Shown here: positions 1 to 8,896 of the stretch, one piece after another
Layout of the letters: every line of letters starts with the position of its first letter
Position numbering within the stretch: the stretch's first letter is position 1
Sequence record: SRR22947725_3567
Length of the DNA: 49,757 bases
Reading direction: 5' to 3' (one strand)
Translations under genes and position numbers: made by a program
The notes under the pieces: model-generated
Told to the model about the DNA's origin: nothing
Seen by the model: the letters and a program-made list of their open reading frames with translations, nothing else
The model's database searches: none

Positions 1-556
1 TGTCACGGTGGAAATCAGCGAATCCGAGATCGTGGGCAAAACCAGAACCCAGGTGGAAGAAACGTTAGCGGTCAAGGGTCTCCGTCTAGACGGGATCACC
101 GGCAACATTGCGCCAGCACAGGATCGGGTGGGCACCGCCTACCGTGTCAACCCCCAGGGGGTCGTGGCCCGCGACACCCTGATTGCCGTGTATTTTTACG
201 CGGCAATCCCCCAACCTCCGAAACCTCGAATCATCACAGTGATCCCCGCGACCGGCCCCTACGCCCCGGATGATGAAGTACTTCTCGAGTGGCCCAGCTA
301 TGCACAATGTCCCTCGGGTTTCCCACTAGCCGGCTACACGCTGCAGATTGTCGGTGGCGTGATTCTCGATGGCGAGGGGGCGACCGTTCTGCAACCCGAG
401 CAAACGGCGGTGAATGTCCTCCTGGGCAGCGGAGAAATGCTCAGCGCCAGCTATCTGGTGAAATGTGGGGCTCTTTCCTCCCCTCTATCCACCGATTTAG
501 TCATTGCGGTCACCGCCCCTGCCGCCGATGAAGAATCGGAGCCCCCCGTAGAATAA
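1..556 (+). CDS. C-terminal (extracytoplasmic) part of a Ser/Thr protein kinase, probably PknA; 5'-truncated by the window
   Basis: Frame open from position 2 to TAA at 556. PASTA-like segment (IVGKTRTQVEETL...VNPQG) followed by a Cys-bracketed beta-rich domain. Lies directly upstream of pknB, as in the actinobacterial pknA-pknB operon. Confidence 0.6.
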   Translation, partial: VTVEISESEIVGKTRTQVEETLAVKGLRLDGITGNIAPAQDRVGTAYRVNPQGVVARDTLIAVYFYAAIPQPPKPRIITVIPATGPYAPDDEVLLEWPSYAQCPSGFPLAGYTLQIVGGVILDGEGATVLQPEQTAVNVLLGSGEMLSASYLVKCGALSSPLSTDLVIAVTAPAADEESEPPVE

Positions 557-594
557 CGAAGGCTATACCGCGCCTCGCTCACCAAAGGATTCCC

Positions 595-2352
595 TTGACT
601 CAGCCCGCACCAGGTCCCTGGACCTCCCGCCTCCTTGGCGGGCGGTACGAGGTGCGCGAAATTATCGGTCGGGGTGGAATGGGCGACGTGTATCTGGGAG
701 TGGACGCACGGCTGGGGCGTCAAGTAGCTATCAAAGTCCTCAAATCCACCCTGTCTTCGGACCCCACGTTTAGAAACAGGTTCCGTCTCGAGGCAATGGC
801 TGCGTCGAAAATGTCTCACCCCTCGATTGTCCGCGTCTTCGACGCGGGCGATGAGATTAATGGCCCCGAAGACTCCACGCCAGCTGGCAGCACCACTCCC
901 TACATCGTGATGGAACATGTTGAAGGGCACCTACTGAGCGAACTGATGAGCCAGGGCAGGCTTGAGGAACGCCACGTGTTGAAAGTTGCCGATGGTGTTC
1001 TCACCGCGCTCGAGGTGTCGCACCGGGCAGGGATCGTTCACCGTGACATCAAGCCCGCCAACATCATGGTGACCGACGATGGCAGCGTGAAGGTGATGGA
1101 CTTTGGTATCGCCCGGGCCGTCACCGACTCCACGGCCAACCTGGACCAGACCACCTCGATTCTTGGCACGGCGCTCTACATTTCCCCGGAACAAGCCCGC
1201 GGTGATGAGCCTGACACCCGCACCGACCTCTATTCCCTCGGTGTGGTGATGTATGAACTTCTTGCGGGAGCCCCTCCGTTTAACGCAGACTCACCTGTCG
1301 CCGTCGCGTACAAGCACATTAGCGAAGAGGTTCAGCCTCTTCGCGAGGTGAACCCCGCCGTCTCTCAAGACGTGGCCTTGGTGGTGGAAACGGCAATGCG
1401 CAAAAGCCTCGCCGAGCGCTTTCCGACCGCCCAGTCCTTTAGGGCTGCCTTGGAAGACATCGCCCAAGGGCGAGAGCCCAAACTCCCCACCGCCAGACAA
1501 CAGGCCAAGGTTGCTCCCGCCTTCACCGGAAGTGTGCCAGTGGCAAATGTGGAAGCCGACCACCGCAACCCCGTTGAAGGGTTTGAAATCTTCGAGTCGC
1601 GGGGGATTCGTTCACAATCCATTCCCACCCTGGCCGTCACTCTCTTCAGCGGTCTCGCGGTCTTGCTTGTGGTGGGAATCGTCTTGTGGGTGTTCACTTT
1701 GAATCCCGCCACCACGGCGAGCACCGCTGCCCCTCAGGTTCCTGACCTGACCAGCCAAACCGAAGCGGTCGCCTCCGCCACCATTACTGCCCTAGAACTT
1801 GACCCCCAGGTCGAATACGAAGCCAGCAATACTGTGCCAGAGGGAGCCGTCATCCGCACCGTCCCCGCCGGGGGAGTCAGGACTGCGAAAGGTGAGCCGG
1901 TTCGGATTGTTGTATCCAGTGGAATTGCAACCTTTGAGATGCCCGACGTTCGCAATATTGACATCGAGGAAGCTCGAGCTGCTCTCGCGGATCTGGGGTT
2001 GGTGTTGGACCAAGTAGTGGAAACCTACTCACCGAGCCTGGCTGCAGGCATTGTGATGGCTTCCACTCCTGCGGCCGATAGCCCCATGCGTGCTGGTGCC
2101 AGTGTCACGGTCACGGTGTCAAATGGCTTGGTTTTGGTCCCCAACGTAGTCGGCCTCACGGTCGGAGAGGCTAACCCCTTTTTGACCGGACCTTCCATGC
2201 AGCTCTCGGTCCGGCTCGAGCTTGCGACAGACTGCTTTGGCCAAACCGTTAAGTCACAATCCCTCACACCAGGGGATCATCCTCAACGCTCGGAAATCAC
2301 TCTGGTCTACTGCGGCCTAGTCCAAACTGAAGACCCTGCGCCGGTGGGTTAG
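595..2352 (+). CDS. pknB: PASTA-domain Ser/Thr protein kinase PknB
   Basis: GRGGMG, VAIK, HRDIKPAN, DFG and SPE kinase motifs; one TM helix; PASTA repeats (VPDL, MPDV, VPNV). Confidence 0.93.
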   Translation: MTQPAPGPWTSRLLGGRYEVREIIGRGGMGDVYLGVDARLGRQVAIKVLKSTLSSDPTFRNRFRLEAMAASKMSHPSIVRVFDAGDEINGPEDSTPAGSTTPYIVMEHVEGHLLSELMSQGRLEERHVLKVADGVLTALEVSHRAGIVHRDIKPANIMVTDDGSVKVMDFGIARAVTDSTANLDQTTSILGTALYISPEQARGDEPDTRTDLYSLGVVMYELLAGAPPFNADSPVAVAYKHISEEVQPLREVNPAVSQDVALVVETAMRKSLAERFPTAQSFRAALEDIAQGREPKLPTARQQAKVAPAFTGSVPVANVEADHRNPVEGFEIFESRGIRSQSIPTLAVTLFSGLAVLLVVGIVLWVFTLNPATTASTAAPQVPDLTSQTEAVASATITALELDPQVEYEASNTVPEGAVIRTVPAGGVRTAKGEPVRIVVSSGIATFEMPDVRNIDIEEARAALADLGLVLDQVVETYSPSLAAGIVMASTPAADSPMRAGASVTVTVSNGLVLVPNVVGLTVGEANPFLTGPSMQLSVRLELATDCFGQTVKSQSLTPGDHPQRSEITLVYCGLVQTEDPAPVG

Positions 2353-2987
2353 AGGCCGGTCACTCTAGGGCTGAGACCCCGTGCTGCCGCGGTAGCACCG
2401 TGGAGCCCGGTCACCTCAAGCCAGTTAGCAATCATCGTGTACCCACCTTCGGTGAGCACTGACTCAGGGTGAAATTGCACCCCATAGAGCGGCGCAGTGC
2501 GGTGGTTAAGTCCCATGATGACGCCACCGGTGGTGCGAGCGGTCACCACTAAATCCGCAGGCACCGTCCCGTCCACGACGGCCAGGCTGTGATACCTCGT
2601 CGCCTGAAATTCGTCGGGAACACCGTGGAACAAAGTACTGCCATCGTGTTTCACGCTGGATGCTTTTCCATGCATCAGCTCGTCGGCGTGGGCCACTGTT
2701 GCCCCCAGGGCTTCGGCAATCGCCTGGTGGCCCAAACAGACCCCGAGGAGGGGGATATTGTGAGCCAGGGCTTCCTTCACAATCGGGATGGAAATCCCGG
2801 CGTCTTCCGGCGTTCCCGGGCCCGGAGACACCAGTATCCCGTCATACCGACCAACGAGCTCCGCGATATCTTCTTCCAGCACATCATCGTTTCGGATGAC
2901 ATCCGTGGTGGCACCCAGTTGATGGAGATAACCGTTGAGGGTATAAACGAAACTGTCGTAGTTGTCGACGACCAGAATGTGTGTCAT
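2349..2987 (-). CDS. pabA: Class I glutamine amidotransferase (aminodeoxychorismate/anthranilate synthase component II, PabA/TrpG)
   Basis: DNYDSF, SPGPG, GVCLGHQ, RYHSL and QFHPES motifs; conserved position next to pknB. Confidence 0.88.
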   Translation of the reverse strand: MTHILVVDNYDSFVYTLNGYLHQLGATTDVIRNDDVLEEDIAELVGRYDGILVSPGPGTPEDAGISIPIVKEALAHNIPLLGVCLGHQAIAEALGATVAHADELMHGKASSVKHDGSTLFHGVPDEFQATRYHSLAVVDGTVPADLVVTARTTGGVIMGLNHRTAPLYGVQFHPESVLTEGGYTMIANWLEVTGLHGATAAARGLSPRVTGL

Positions 2988-3087
2988 GACCCTGCCGTTT
3001 CACGTGATGCCCGGAAGCTTCAGCCTAGCAATCCAGTCCCTGGGCTTTCGAAAGGGATAGCTCGCTGTGCAGGTTAGACTCATAGGC

Positions 3088-3324
3088 ATGGCAAAGAGAC
3101 CTAAGGACCCCGGCGCTGCGACAAGTGCGCTCCCCCAGGGCAACGACAACCCTGTGTGGTTTAAACCCATAATGTTCGGACTCATGCTGATCGGTCTTGC
3201 GTGGATTTTGACCTTTTACGTTTCCAGTTCACAGCTTCCCGTTGCCGCTCTTGGCTCGTGGAACATTGCCGTGGGATTCGGCATCATGTTTGTTGGCTTC
3301 CTGATGACGACCCGGTGGAAATAA
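3088..3324 (+). CDS. crgA: Cell division protein CrgA
   Basis: NPVWFKPIMFGLMLIGLAW...GSWNIAVGFG...MTTRWK. Start placed at ATG 3088, 7 nt after TAGACT (leaderless). Confidence 0.9.
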   Translation: MAKRPKDPGAATSALPQGNDNPVWFKPIMFGLMLIGLAWILTFYVSSSQLPVAALGSWNIAVGFGIMFVGFLMTTRWK

Positions 3325-3335
3325 CGCCGTTCTTG

Positions 3336-3380
3336 ATTACACAGGTGTAATTCTCCCCACTGGGGAAAGCCTGTGGATAA
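3336..3380. promoter_or_regulatory. Palindrome plus perfect DnaA box between convergent crgA and rhomboid genes
   Basis: ATTACAC-AG-GTGTAAT (3336-3351), TCCCCA-C-TGGGGA (3354-3366), TGTGGATAA (3372-3380). Confidence 0.55.
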
Positions 3381-3386
3381 CTTTTG

Positions 3387-4199
3387 CTACGCGAACAATC
3401 TGAGCGCTGTCAGCGCCACCAAGGCCCCGGCAACAGCGACTAAAAGTCCCACCTGTTGCGCCCGCTGATGGGATTGACGAGTGGCGACCATCACCCACGC
3501 GACTAGCGCGCCCACGACAAGGCCACCGATGTGAGCCTGCCACGAAATCCCCGGGACGATGAAACCCATCACCAGGTTGAGCGCCAAGACAATGAGCAGC
3601 TGGACATTCGCTCCGCCAAATGACCGTTGAATCACAAAAAGTGCTCCAAACAGACCGAAGATGGCTCCGGAAGCCCCGACCACCGCTACCGCTGGCGCCA
3701 GCCACAACACGGCGACCGACCCCCCGAGGCCCGCAAGAAGAAAAAGGGTGACAAATCGGCCCCGCCCGATGAGGCGTTCGACTAAAGTGCCGAGGACATA
3801 GAGGGAAAACCCGTTAAAGAGAATGTGAAACAACGAAGCAGTGGAGTGAACAAATACAGTGGTGAGCATCCGCCACGGCTCTATGGCGGTCAGCGGCGGC
3901 CAGTAGAGTAGCCACTCCGTCACCGTCCCGCCGCTCAGCCACTGAGCCGCATACACCGCTCCGATAACACCCAGCAGAGCGTATGTGGCAGCAGGGCGAT
4001 AGGCCCCGCTGCGGCGCTTGGTCATCGAGGCAGCTCGCGGTGCTGAAGCCGCTACGCAGTCGGGGCATTGGGCCCCGACTGCGGCAGGAATCTGACACTC
4101 TCCACAGATGGTTCTTCCACACCGTTGACACAGCGCAAAGCTCTCCCGGTGGGGATGGCGATAGCAGGTGTCGCTACTCGTGGAAGACCCTTGGCTCAC
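3387..4199 (-). CDS. Rhomboid intramembrane serine protease with N-terminal Cys/His (B-box-like) zinc finger
   Basis: CYRHP...CQRCGRTIC..C; WR motif; HILFN; GASGA catalytic Ser; AHIGG catalytic His. Confidence 0.92.
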   Translation of the reverse strand: MSQGSSTSSDTCYRHPHRESFALCQRCGRTICGECQIPAAVGAQCPDCVAASAPRAASMTKRRSGAYRPAATYALLGVIGAVYAAQWLSGGTVTEWLLYWPPLTAIEPWRMLTTVFVHSTASLFHILFNGFSLYVLGTLVERLIGRGRFVTLFLLAGLGGSVAVLWLAPAVAVVGASGAIFGLFGALFVIQRSFGGANVQLLIVLALNLVMGFIVPGISWQAHIGGLVVGALVAWVMVATRQSHQRAQQVGLLVAVAGALVALTALRLFA

Positions 4200-4738
4200 G
4201 AGGTGGCAGTCACACTCACGCTGGTGAGAACTACGTCTTCGTGTGGCTTATCGCCACCATCAGTAGCAACGCCTTCAATAGCCCGCACAATAGCTTCAGA
4301 GGCTTCATCCAGAACGACACCGAAAATCGTATGAGCACCCTGGAGCCATGTGGTTGCGCCCGTAGTGATGAAGAATTGGCTCCCGTTGGTTCCTTGGCCG
4401 CCGCGGGTGCCGGCGTTTGCCATTGCCAGCATAAAGGGCTTGGTGAAGTCCAGCTCAGGGTGGATTTCGTCGTTGAACTGGTAGCCGGGTCCCCCCATAC
4501 CGGTGCCGGTGGGGTCGCCGCCCTGGATCATGAAACCCGGAATGATGCGATGAAAAATTACGTCGGAATACAGCGGCCCTTCGCCGGCTCCTCCGGTAGT
4601 GGGGTTGACCCACTCGCGCTCGCCGGTGGCGAGACCGACAAAGTTGTCGACAGTTTTAGGCGCGTGGTTGCCATAAAGGCCGACGACGATATCCCCATGG
4701 TTAGTGTGCAAAGTGGCTGTGTGAGTATGTAGAGTCAT
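4196..4738 (-). CDS. ppiA: Cyclophilin-type peptidyl-prolyl cis-trans isomerase
   Basis: APKTVDNF, FHRIIPGFMIQGGDP, LAMANAG, NGSQFFIT, HTIFG. Confidence 0.95.
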   Translation of the reverse strand: MTLHTHTATLHTNHGDIVVGLYGNHAPKTVDNFVGLATGEREWVNPTTGGAGEGPLYSDVIFHRIIPGFMIQGGDPTGTGMGGPGYQFNDEIHPELDFTKPFMLAMANAGTRGGQGTNGSQFFITTGATTWLQGAHTIFGVVLDEASEAIVRAIEGVATDGGDKPHEDVVLTSVSVTATS

Positions 4739-4843
4739 CCCTCTATTGTGCCAGTGACCACCGATGTGGTGAGCCCAGCCAGAGAAAGCACAGGAATTTC
4801 TTCGCCACTTCTGGGAGAATATGGTGTGTCGAAGGAGGACACC

Positions 4844-5212
4844 ATGGAACTTGACCGATCAACTCGCAAAGAACTCGCACGTCTTGCCCATGAGGCGCAA
4901 GATTTGTGGGAGGAACAACGCGACGTGCTCTCCCGCGCCAAGAGAGTTGCTCGCCATGCCTCCACCAGTGCCGGCGACCTCGCGCGGAAAGAGGTCCTCC
5001 CCCGTGCTTACGACACGTATCGTGACACCATTCATCCCACATTGGCCAAGCTCCCTTGGTCCCAGGCAGCAAAGGCACCCGTGAGAAAATCCAGCAACCC
5101 CTTCGTCTTTGTTCTTATGGCCATCGGAACCATCGCCGTGGCCGTCATTGGCTATGCCGCGTGGCAAACACTGCGCGCCGATGATGACCTGTGGGTCGAA
5201 GAAGAAGGCTAA
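4844..5212 (+). CDS. Hypothetical helical protein with C-terminal TM anchor
   Basis: Strong RBS GAAGGAGG before ATG 4844; charged helical N-terminus, TM helix, LRADDDLW tail. Confidence 0.7.
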   Translation: MELDRSTRKELARLAHEAQDLWEEQRDVLSRAKRVARHASTSAGDLARKEVLPRAYDTYRDTIHPTLAKLPWSQAAKAPVRKSSNPFVFVLMAIGTIAVAVIGYAAWQTLRADDDLWVEEEG

Positions 5213-5215
5213 GCC

Positions 5216-5977
5216 CTACATCCCTTTGGGTTTGAGGTAGCGCTGGGCGAGGGCGCTCAAGAAGTCAAATACCAGGGCAAGAATCGCCACCATCACTGCG
5301 CCGATCAAAATAGCAGGACTTCGGTCGAGCTTAAGCCCTGAGTTAATAGTCTCGCCGAGCCCGCCACCTCCGACGAGGAAAGCCAACGCGGCCATTCCGA
5401 TGTTGATGACAATCGCAGTGCGAATTCCGGCAATGATGACCGGGACCGCAAGCGGGAGTTCGATTTCAAACAACACCTGGCGCTTGGTGTATCCCATACC
5501 GCGTCCCGCTTCAATGACAGCCTGATCCACCTGCTCCAATCCCACAATGGTGTTTCGCAACACCGGCAATAAAGAGAATGTTGCCAGGGCAAGAATCACC
5601 GTGTTGATGCCCGTGCCCATAAAGGAGAAGAAGATCACAATCAGCCCGTAAGCAGGCAGTGCCTGAGCCAGACCGAGGGTGTCAACCAGGAAATTCTTGA
5701 TTCGAGGCAGCCCCCGCCTGGTGACCGCAATGCCAATAGGAATTGCAACCAAAATCACGAGGGCCGAAGACGCAAAGCCCAAAATGATGGTTTGAACCAG
5801 CTGCCTCTGCAGTTTTTCGGGAGCAAGGATGGCAGCAGTTGTCGGATCAATATCGGAATACAGCCAGACAGCGATACCAATAATCGCCAGTAAACCCGCG
5901 AAAATAGGCGTCACAATGATGTCGAGCCGCTCCGCAAGGGGGCTCTTCGTTGTGTTTGACGCCACAGCAGTGCTCAT
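5216..5977 (-). CDS. Osmoprotectant (OpuC/ProW-type) ABC transporter permease
   Basis: EAA loop (IEAGRGMG), IELPLAVPVIIAGIR, GGGGLG. Confidence 0.9.
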   Translation of the reverse strand: MSTAVASNTTKSPLAERLDIIVTPIFAGLLAIIGIAVWLYSDIDPTTAAILAPEKLQRQLVQTIILGFASSALVILVAIPIGIAVTRRGLPRIKNFLVDTLGLAQALPAYGLIVIFFSFMGTGINTVILALATFSLLPVLRNTIVGLEQVDQAVIEAGRGMGYTKRQVLFEIELPLAVPVIIAGIRTAIVINIGMAALAFLVGGGGLGETINSGLKLDRSPAILIGAVMVAILALVFDFLSALAQRYLKPKGM

Positions 5978-7110
5978 CAGCGGGCCTGACCACCCGAGTC
6001 GCTGATAATGAGCGAGGCGAGGCTTTCAATGCTGCAACACCCCAGGTAACGGCCGCCCCGGTCAACCACCACCGCCATTCCGACAGAAGACTGGAGCATC
6101 ACACCAAGCGCGTCCTGCAGGGTGTCTTCGGGCTGAAGATCGATAGTGATGGGCTTCCCGCTCTTCTCAATGGGCTGAGTGGTGCGGTTCAGCGATGCTT
6201 CACTAATCCAACGAAGCGGCTTGTGATCTTTGTCCAGCAGAACCGCAGTCTTTTCGGGCGAGTTTTCCAACAGCCTGAGCGCCTCATCGCGCATCACGGG
6301 CATCTCAAGGGCTGGAATATCGTGCAGCTCGATATCACGGACCTTCTTCAGAGTGAGGCCCTTCAAAATAGCTCCCGATCCCAAGAAGTTCTCAACGAAC
6401 TCATCTGCAGGCTCGGACAAAATCACCTCGGGAGTATCAATTTGGGCAATTTCTGATCCTTCCCGAAGGATGGCAATTCGGTTTCCCATTTTGATAGCTT
6501 CGTCAATATCGTGAGTGACGAAGACAATGGTCTTTTTCAAGTCTTGCTGTAGCCGCAGGAACTCGTTTTGCAGGCGGTCCCTGGTGATGGGGTCAATAGC
6601 TCCAAAGGGCTCATCCATCAACAACACATCGGGGTCGGCCGCCAAAGCCCTTGCGACACCCACCCGTTGCGCCTGACCACCAGAGAGTTCCTTGGGATAC
6701 CGGTCGCGATAAATTGCTGGATCCATGGAAACAAGCTCCAGCATTTCGTCAACACGGGCTGAGGTCTTTACTTTGTCCCAACCCAAAAGCTTGGGCACCG
6801 TTGCAATATTTTCCGCAATCGTGCGATGCGGGAACAGACCCACTTGCTGGATGACATACCCAATTTTTCGCCGGAGGACGCTGGAGTCGATATCGGTGAC
6901 GTCTTCGCCTTTGAGGTAAATTTTTCCGCCCGTAGGCTCGATGAGTCGGTTGATCAGACGAAGAGTCGTGCTTTTCCCGCAGCCCGAGGGTCCCACCAGA
7001 ACGAGAACCTCACCCTCGTGGACATCCATGGTCAGGTTCGCCACAGCGGGGGCTTCGGTTCCGGGATATGACTTAGAAACGTTTTCCAACCGAATCAGGG
7101 GTTCGCTCAT
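5977..7110 (-). CDS. Osmoprotectant ABC transporter ATPase with C-terminal CBS domains (ProV/OpuCA-like)
   Basis: GPSGCGKS Walker A, LSGGQ, MDEPFGAIDP, FVTHD; GYVIQQVGLFPH typical of the OpuCA family. Confidence 0.92.
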   Translation of the reverse strand: MSEPLIRLENVSKSYPGTEAPAVANLTMDVHEGEVLVLVGPSGCGKSTTLRLINRLIEPTGGKIYLKGEDVTDIDSSVLRRKIGYVIQQVGLFPHRTIAENIATVPKLLGWDKVKTSARVDEMLELVSMDPAIYRDRYPKELSGGQAQRVGVARALAADPDVLLMDEPFGAIDPITRDRLQNEFLRLQQDLKKTIVFVTHDIDEAIKMGNRIAILREGSEIAQIDTPEVILSEPADEFVENFLGSGAILKGLTLKKVRDIELHDIPALEMPVMRDEALRLLENSPEKTAVLLDKDHKPLRWISEASLNRTTQPIEKSGKPITIDLQPEDTLQDALGVMLQSSVGMAVVVDRGGRYLGCCSIESLASLIISDSGGQAR

Positions 7111-7763
7111 CGGATACCTTTCGAGATAGTTGCGCGTCTGAGTAATTGCAAGGAAATATCAATGACCAGCGCGAGGAGAAGACAGAGAAGGGTTCCCGTC
7201 CAGATTGATTCAAAAGAGTTAGGCAAGGGAAGCCTGGCAAGACCGCTCTTGATGAAATCACCGAGACCGCCACCAGCGACCAGAGTGGCAATGGCGGCAA
7301 CTCCCACCACCAACATCGCTGACACGCGGATGCCCGCGATGATGACGGGCCAAGCCAGGGGAAGCTGCACCCGCAGTAATACCTGCGTGGGGGTCAGTCC
7401 CATTCCCTTAGCGGCCTCCAGAACACTGGAATCAATACCATCAAGCCCAGCGATGGTATTGCGAAGAATGGGAAGCAAAGAATACAAAAGCAAGGCAAGA
7501 AAAGAGGGGGCAAAGCCCAATCCCACGAGGGGGATGAAGATGGTGAAAAGAGCGAGCGAGGGAATAGTCAAGAAGACCGAGGAAATAGCGAGAGAGAGTT
7601 CTCGAGCCAGTGGGCTCCGCCTGGTGACAACGCCCAATACAATGGCAAAAACGCTTGCGACACCAAGAACGCTCACCACATAAACACTGTGTTCGATAAG
7701 GCCGATTTGGACTTGGTCCCAACGGGTGGAGACAAAACCCCACCAGTTATTGAAAAATTCCAT
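7107..7763 (-). CDS. Osmoprotectant ABC transporter permease
   Basis: TIPSLALF, LEAAKGMG, QLPLAWPVIIAGIR. Start placed at MEFFNN. Confidence 0.88.
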   Translation of the reverse strand: MEFFNNWWGFVSTRWDQVQIGLIEHSVYVVSVLGVASVFAIVLGVVTRRSPLARELSLAISSVFLTIPSLALFTIFIPLVGLGFAPSFLALLLYSLLPILRNTIAGLDGIDSSVLEAAKGMGLTPTQVLLRVQLPLAWPVIIAGIRVSAMLVVGVAAIATLVAGGGLGDFIKSGLARLPLPNSFESIWTGTLLCLLLALVIDISLQLLRRATISKGIR

Positions 7764-7785
7764 ACGATCACCGTTCCGGTGCGCA

Positions 7786-7815
7786 AATACTGGGGACCCG
7801 CAGGCCCCCAGCATT
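7786..7815 (-). terminator. Intercistronic stem-loop after the substrate-binding protein gene
   Basis: Minus strand AATGCTGGGGGCC-TGCG-GGTCCCCAGTATT, between the SBP and permease genes. Confidence 0.5.
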
Positions 7816-7825
7816 CACTATCGAA

Positions 7826-8791
7826 CTAGCCGGAAATAAAGCCTTCCTCAACGAGGTATTCCTTCGCGACAACCTTGGGTTCTTGCCCATCAGCAGAAAC
7901 CTTCGCGTTCAAGCCAGCCATACGAGGAGCGTCCAGCGGGGCAAGAATGGCTTCGATGATTCCATCGAAGGCTTCTGGTGCCTCGTTGTACTTTTCCTCG
8001 CGAATGGTCCCCGACACGTTGTAAAGGATGTTTACGCCTGGATCTTCAACCAAAGTCAGGTTGAGGGCAGGAATACGGCCATCCGTGGTGAACACCTCGC
8101 CGAAGTCGCAGTTGTTCGCTGCGGTCTCGGTGTAGATGATTCCCGTGTCGAGAATGAGCTGCTGGTCAACAGGCAAGGTGATGCCGGTTGCTTCTTCGGT
8201 CAGCACCAGACCGTCGGGGCGAGAGGGGAATTCAGATTCCATACACACGGTGGCGTCTGCGTTATCGCGGACGTACTCCATCATGGTCTGCAGGCTGAAG
8301 GCCCCACCATTTGCTTCGGTTACCTCAGGTGAGGAGGTGAAGCCGTAGGTGTTGTTGAAGGGCGAGCGTGAAAGCCACACAATGCCGTTCTTCTCCAGGT
8401 CCATCTCGCGGACTCCGGTCGTCAGTACTTCAGGGTCGAAGCTGGGCTGCTCCTGACCGAGGTGGTTAGTCCACCCGGTGCCGTTGTATTCCATGTAGAT
8501 GTCGATCTCACCGGACTCGAGTCCCGCGCGAGCGACGGCCGTTCCACCCAAATTAACCTGGTTTTCAACGGTGGCGCCGGCTTCCTCAAAAGCCAGAACC
8601 ATCATTTCGCCAAGAATCAGTTGCTCGTCGAAGTCTTTAGACCCCACGGCAACATCAATTCCAGAAAGGTCGTAGTCCGACAGCGAGCCAGATCCGCCGC
8701 TGCTCCCAGCGCCATCAGACGCGCAACCAGCCAAGGCCAGAAGTGCAGTTGCGCCAGTCAGCGCAACGATGTTCTTTATTGATTTCTTCAT
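7826..8791 (-). CDS. Glycine betaine/choline-family ABC substrate-binding lipoprotein (OpuAC/OsmF-like)
   Basis: Lipobox LAGC after MKKSIK; GSKDFDEQ, YMEYNGTG, NNTY, FTTDGRI; RBS GGAGG upstream of ATG 8791. Confidence 0.9.
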   Translation of the reverse strand: MKKSIKNIVALTGATALLALAGCASDGAGSSGGSGSLSDYDLSGIDVAVGSKDFDEQLILGEMMVLAFEEAGATVENQVNLGGTAVARAGLESGEIDIYMEYNGTGWTNHLGQEQPSFDPEVLTTGVREMDLEKNGIVWLSRSPFNNTYGFTSSPEVTEANGGAFSLQTMMEYVRDNADATVCMESEFPSRPDGLVLTEEATGITLPVDQQLILDTGIIYTETAANNCDFGEVFTTDGRIPALNLTLVEDPGVNILYNVSGTIREEKYNEAPEAFDGIIEAILAPLDAPRMAGLNAKVSADGQEPKVVAKEYLVEEGFISG

Positions 8792-8896
8792 TAGTTCGGT
8801 ATTCCTCCATCTAGTTTCGATACTTCGAGGGTAGGGAAGCCTGCGGGGTATGGCTAACTCGGTTGTCCATATAACAACACCTGGTAGCCTGGGAAC

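Noticed and set aside
2996-3011. Degenerate parS (CGTTTCACGTGATGCC) upstream of pabA; also a half-site at about 2647
   Set aside because: Four mismatches in 16, with one arm broken. It cannot be supported without ParB binding data.
3983-4732. Long antisense or alternate-frame ORFs (e.g. 3983-4732, 17324-18157, 38996-39616, 45996-46829, 48262-48873)
   Set aside because: These are shadow ORFs opposite well-supported genes in GC-rich DNA, with no recognisable motifs.
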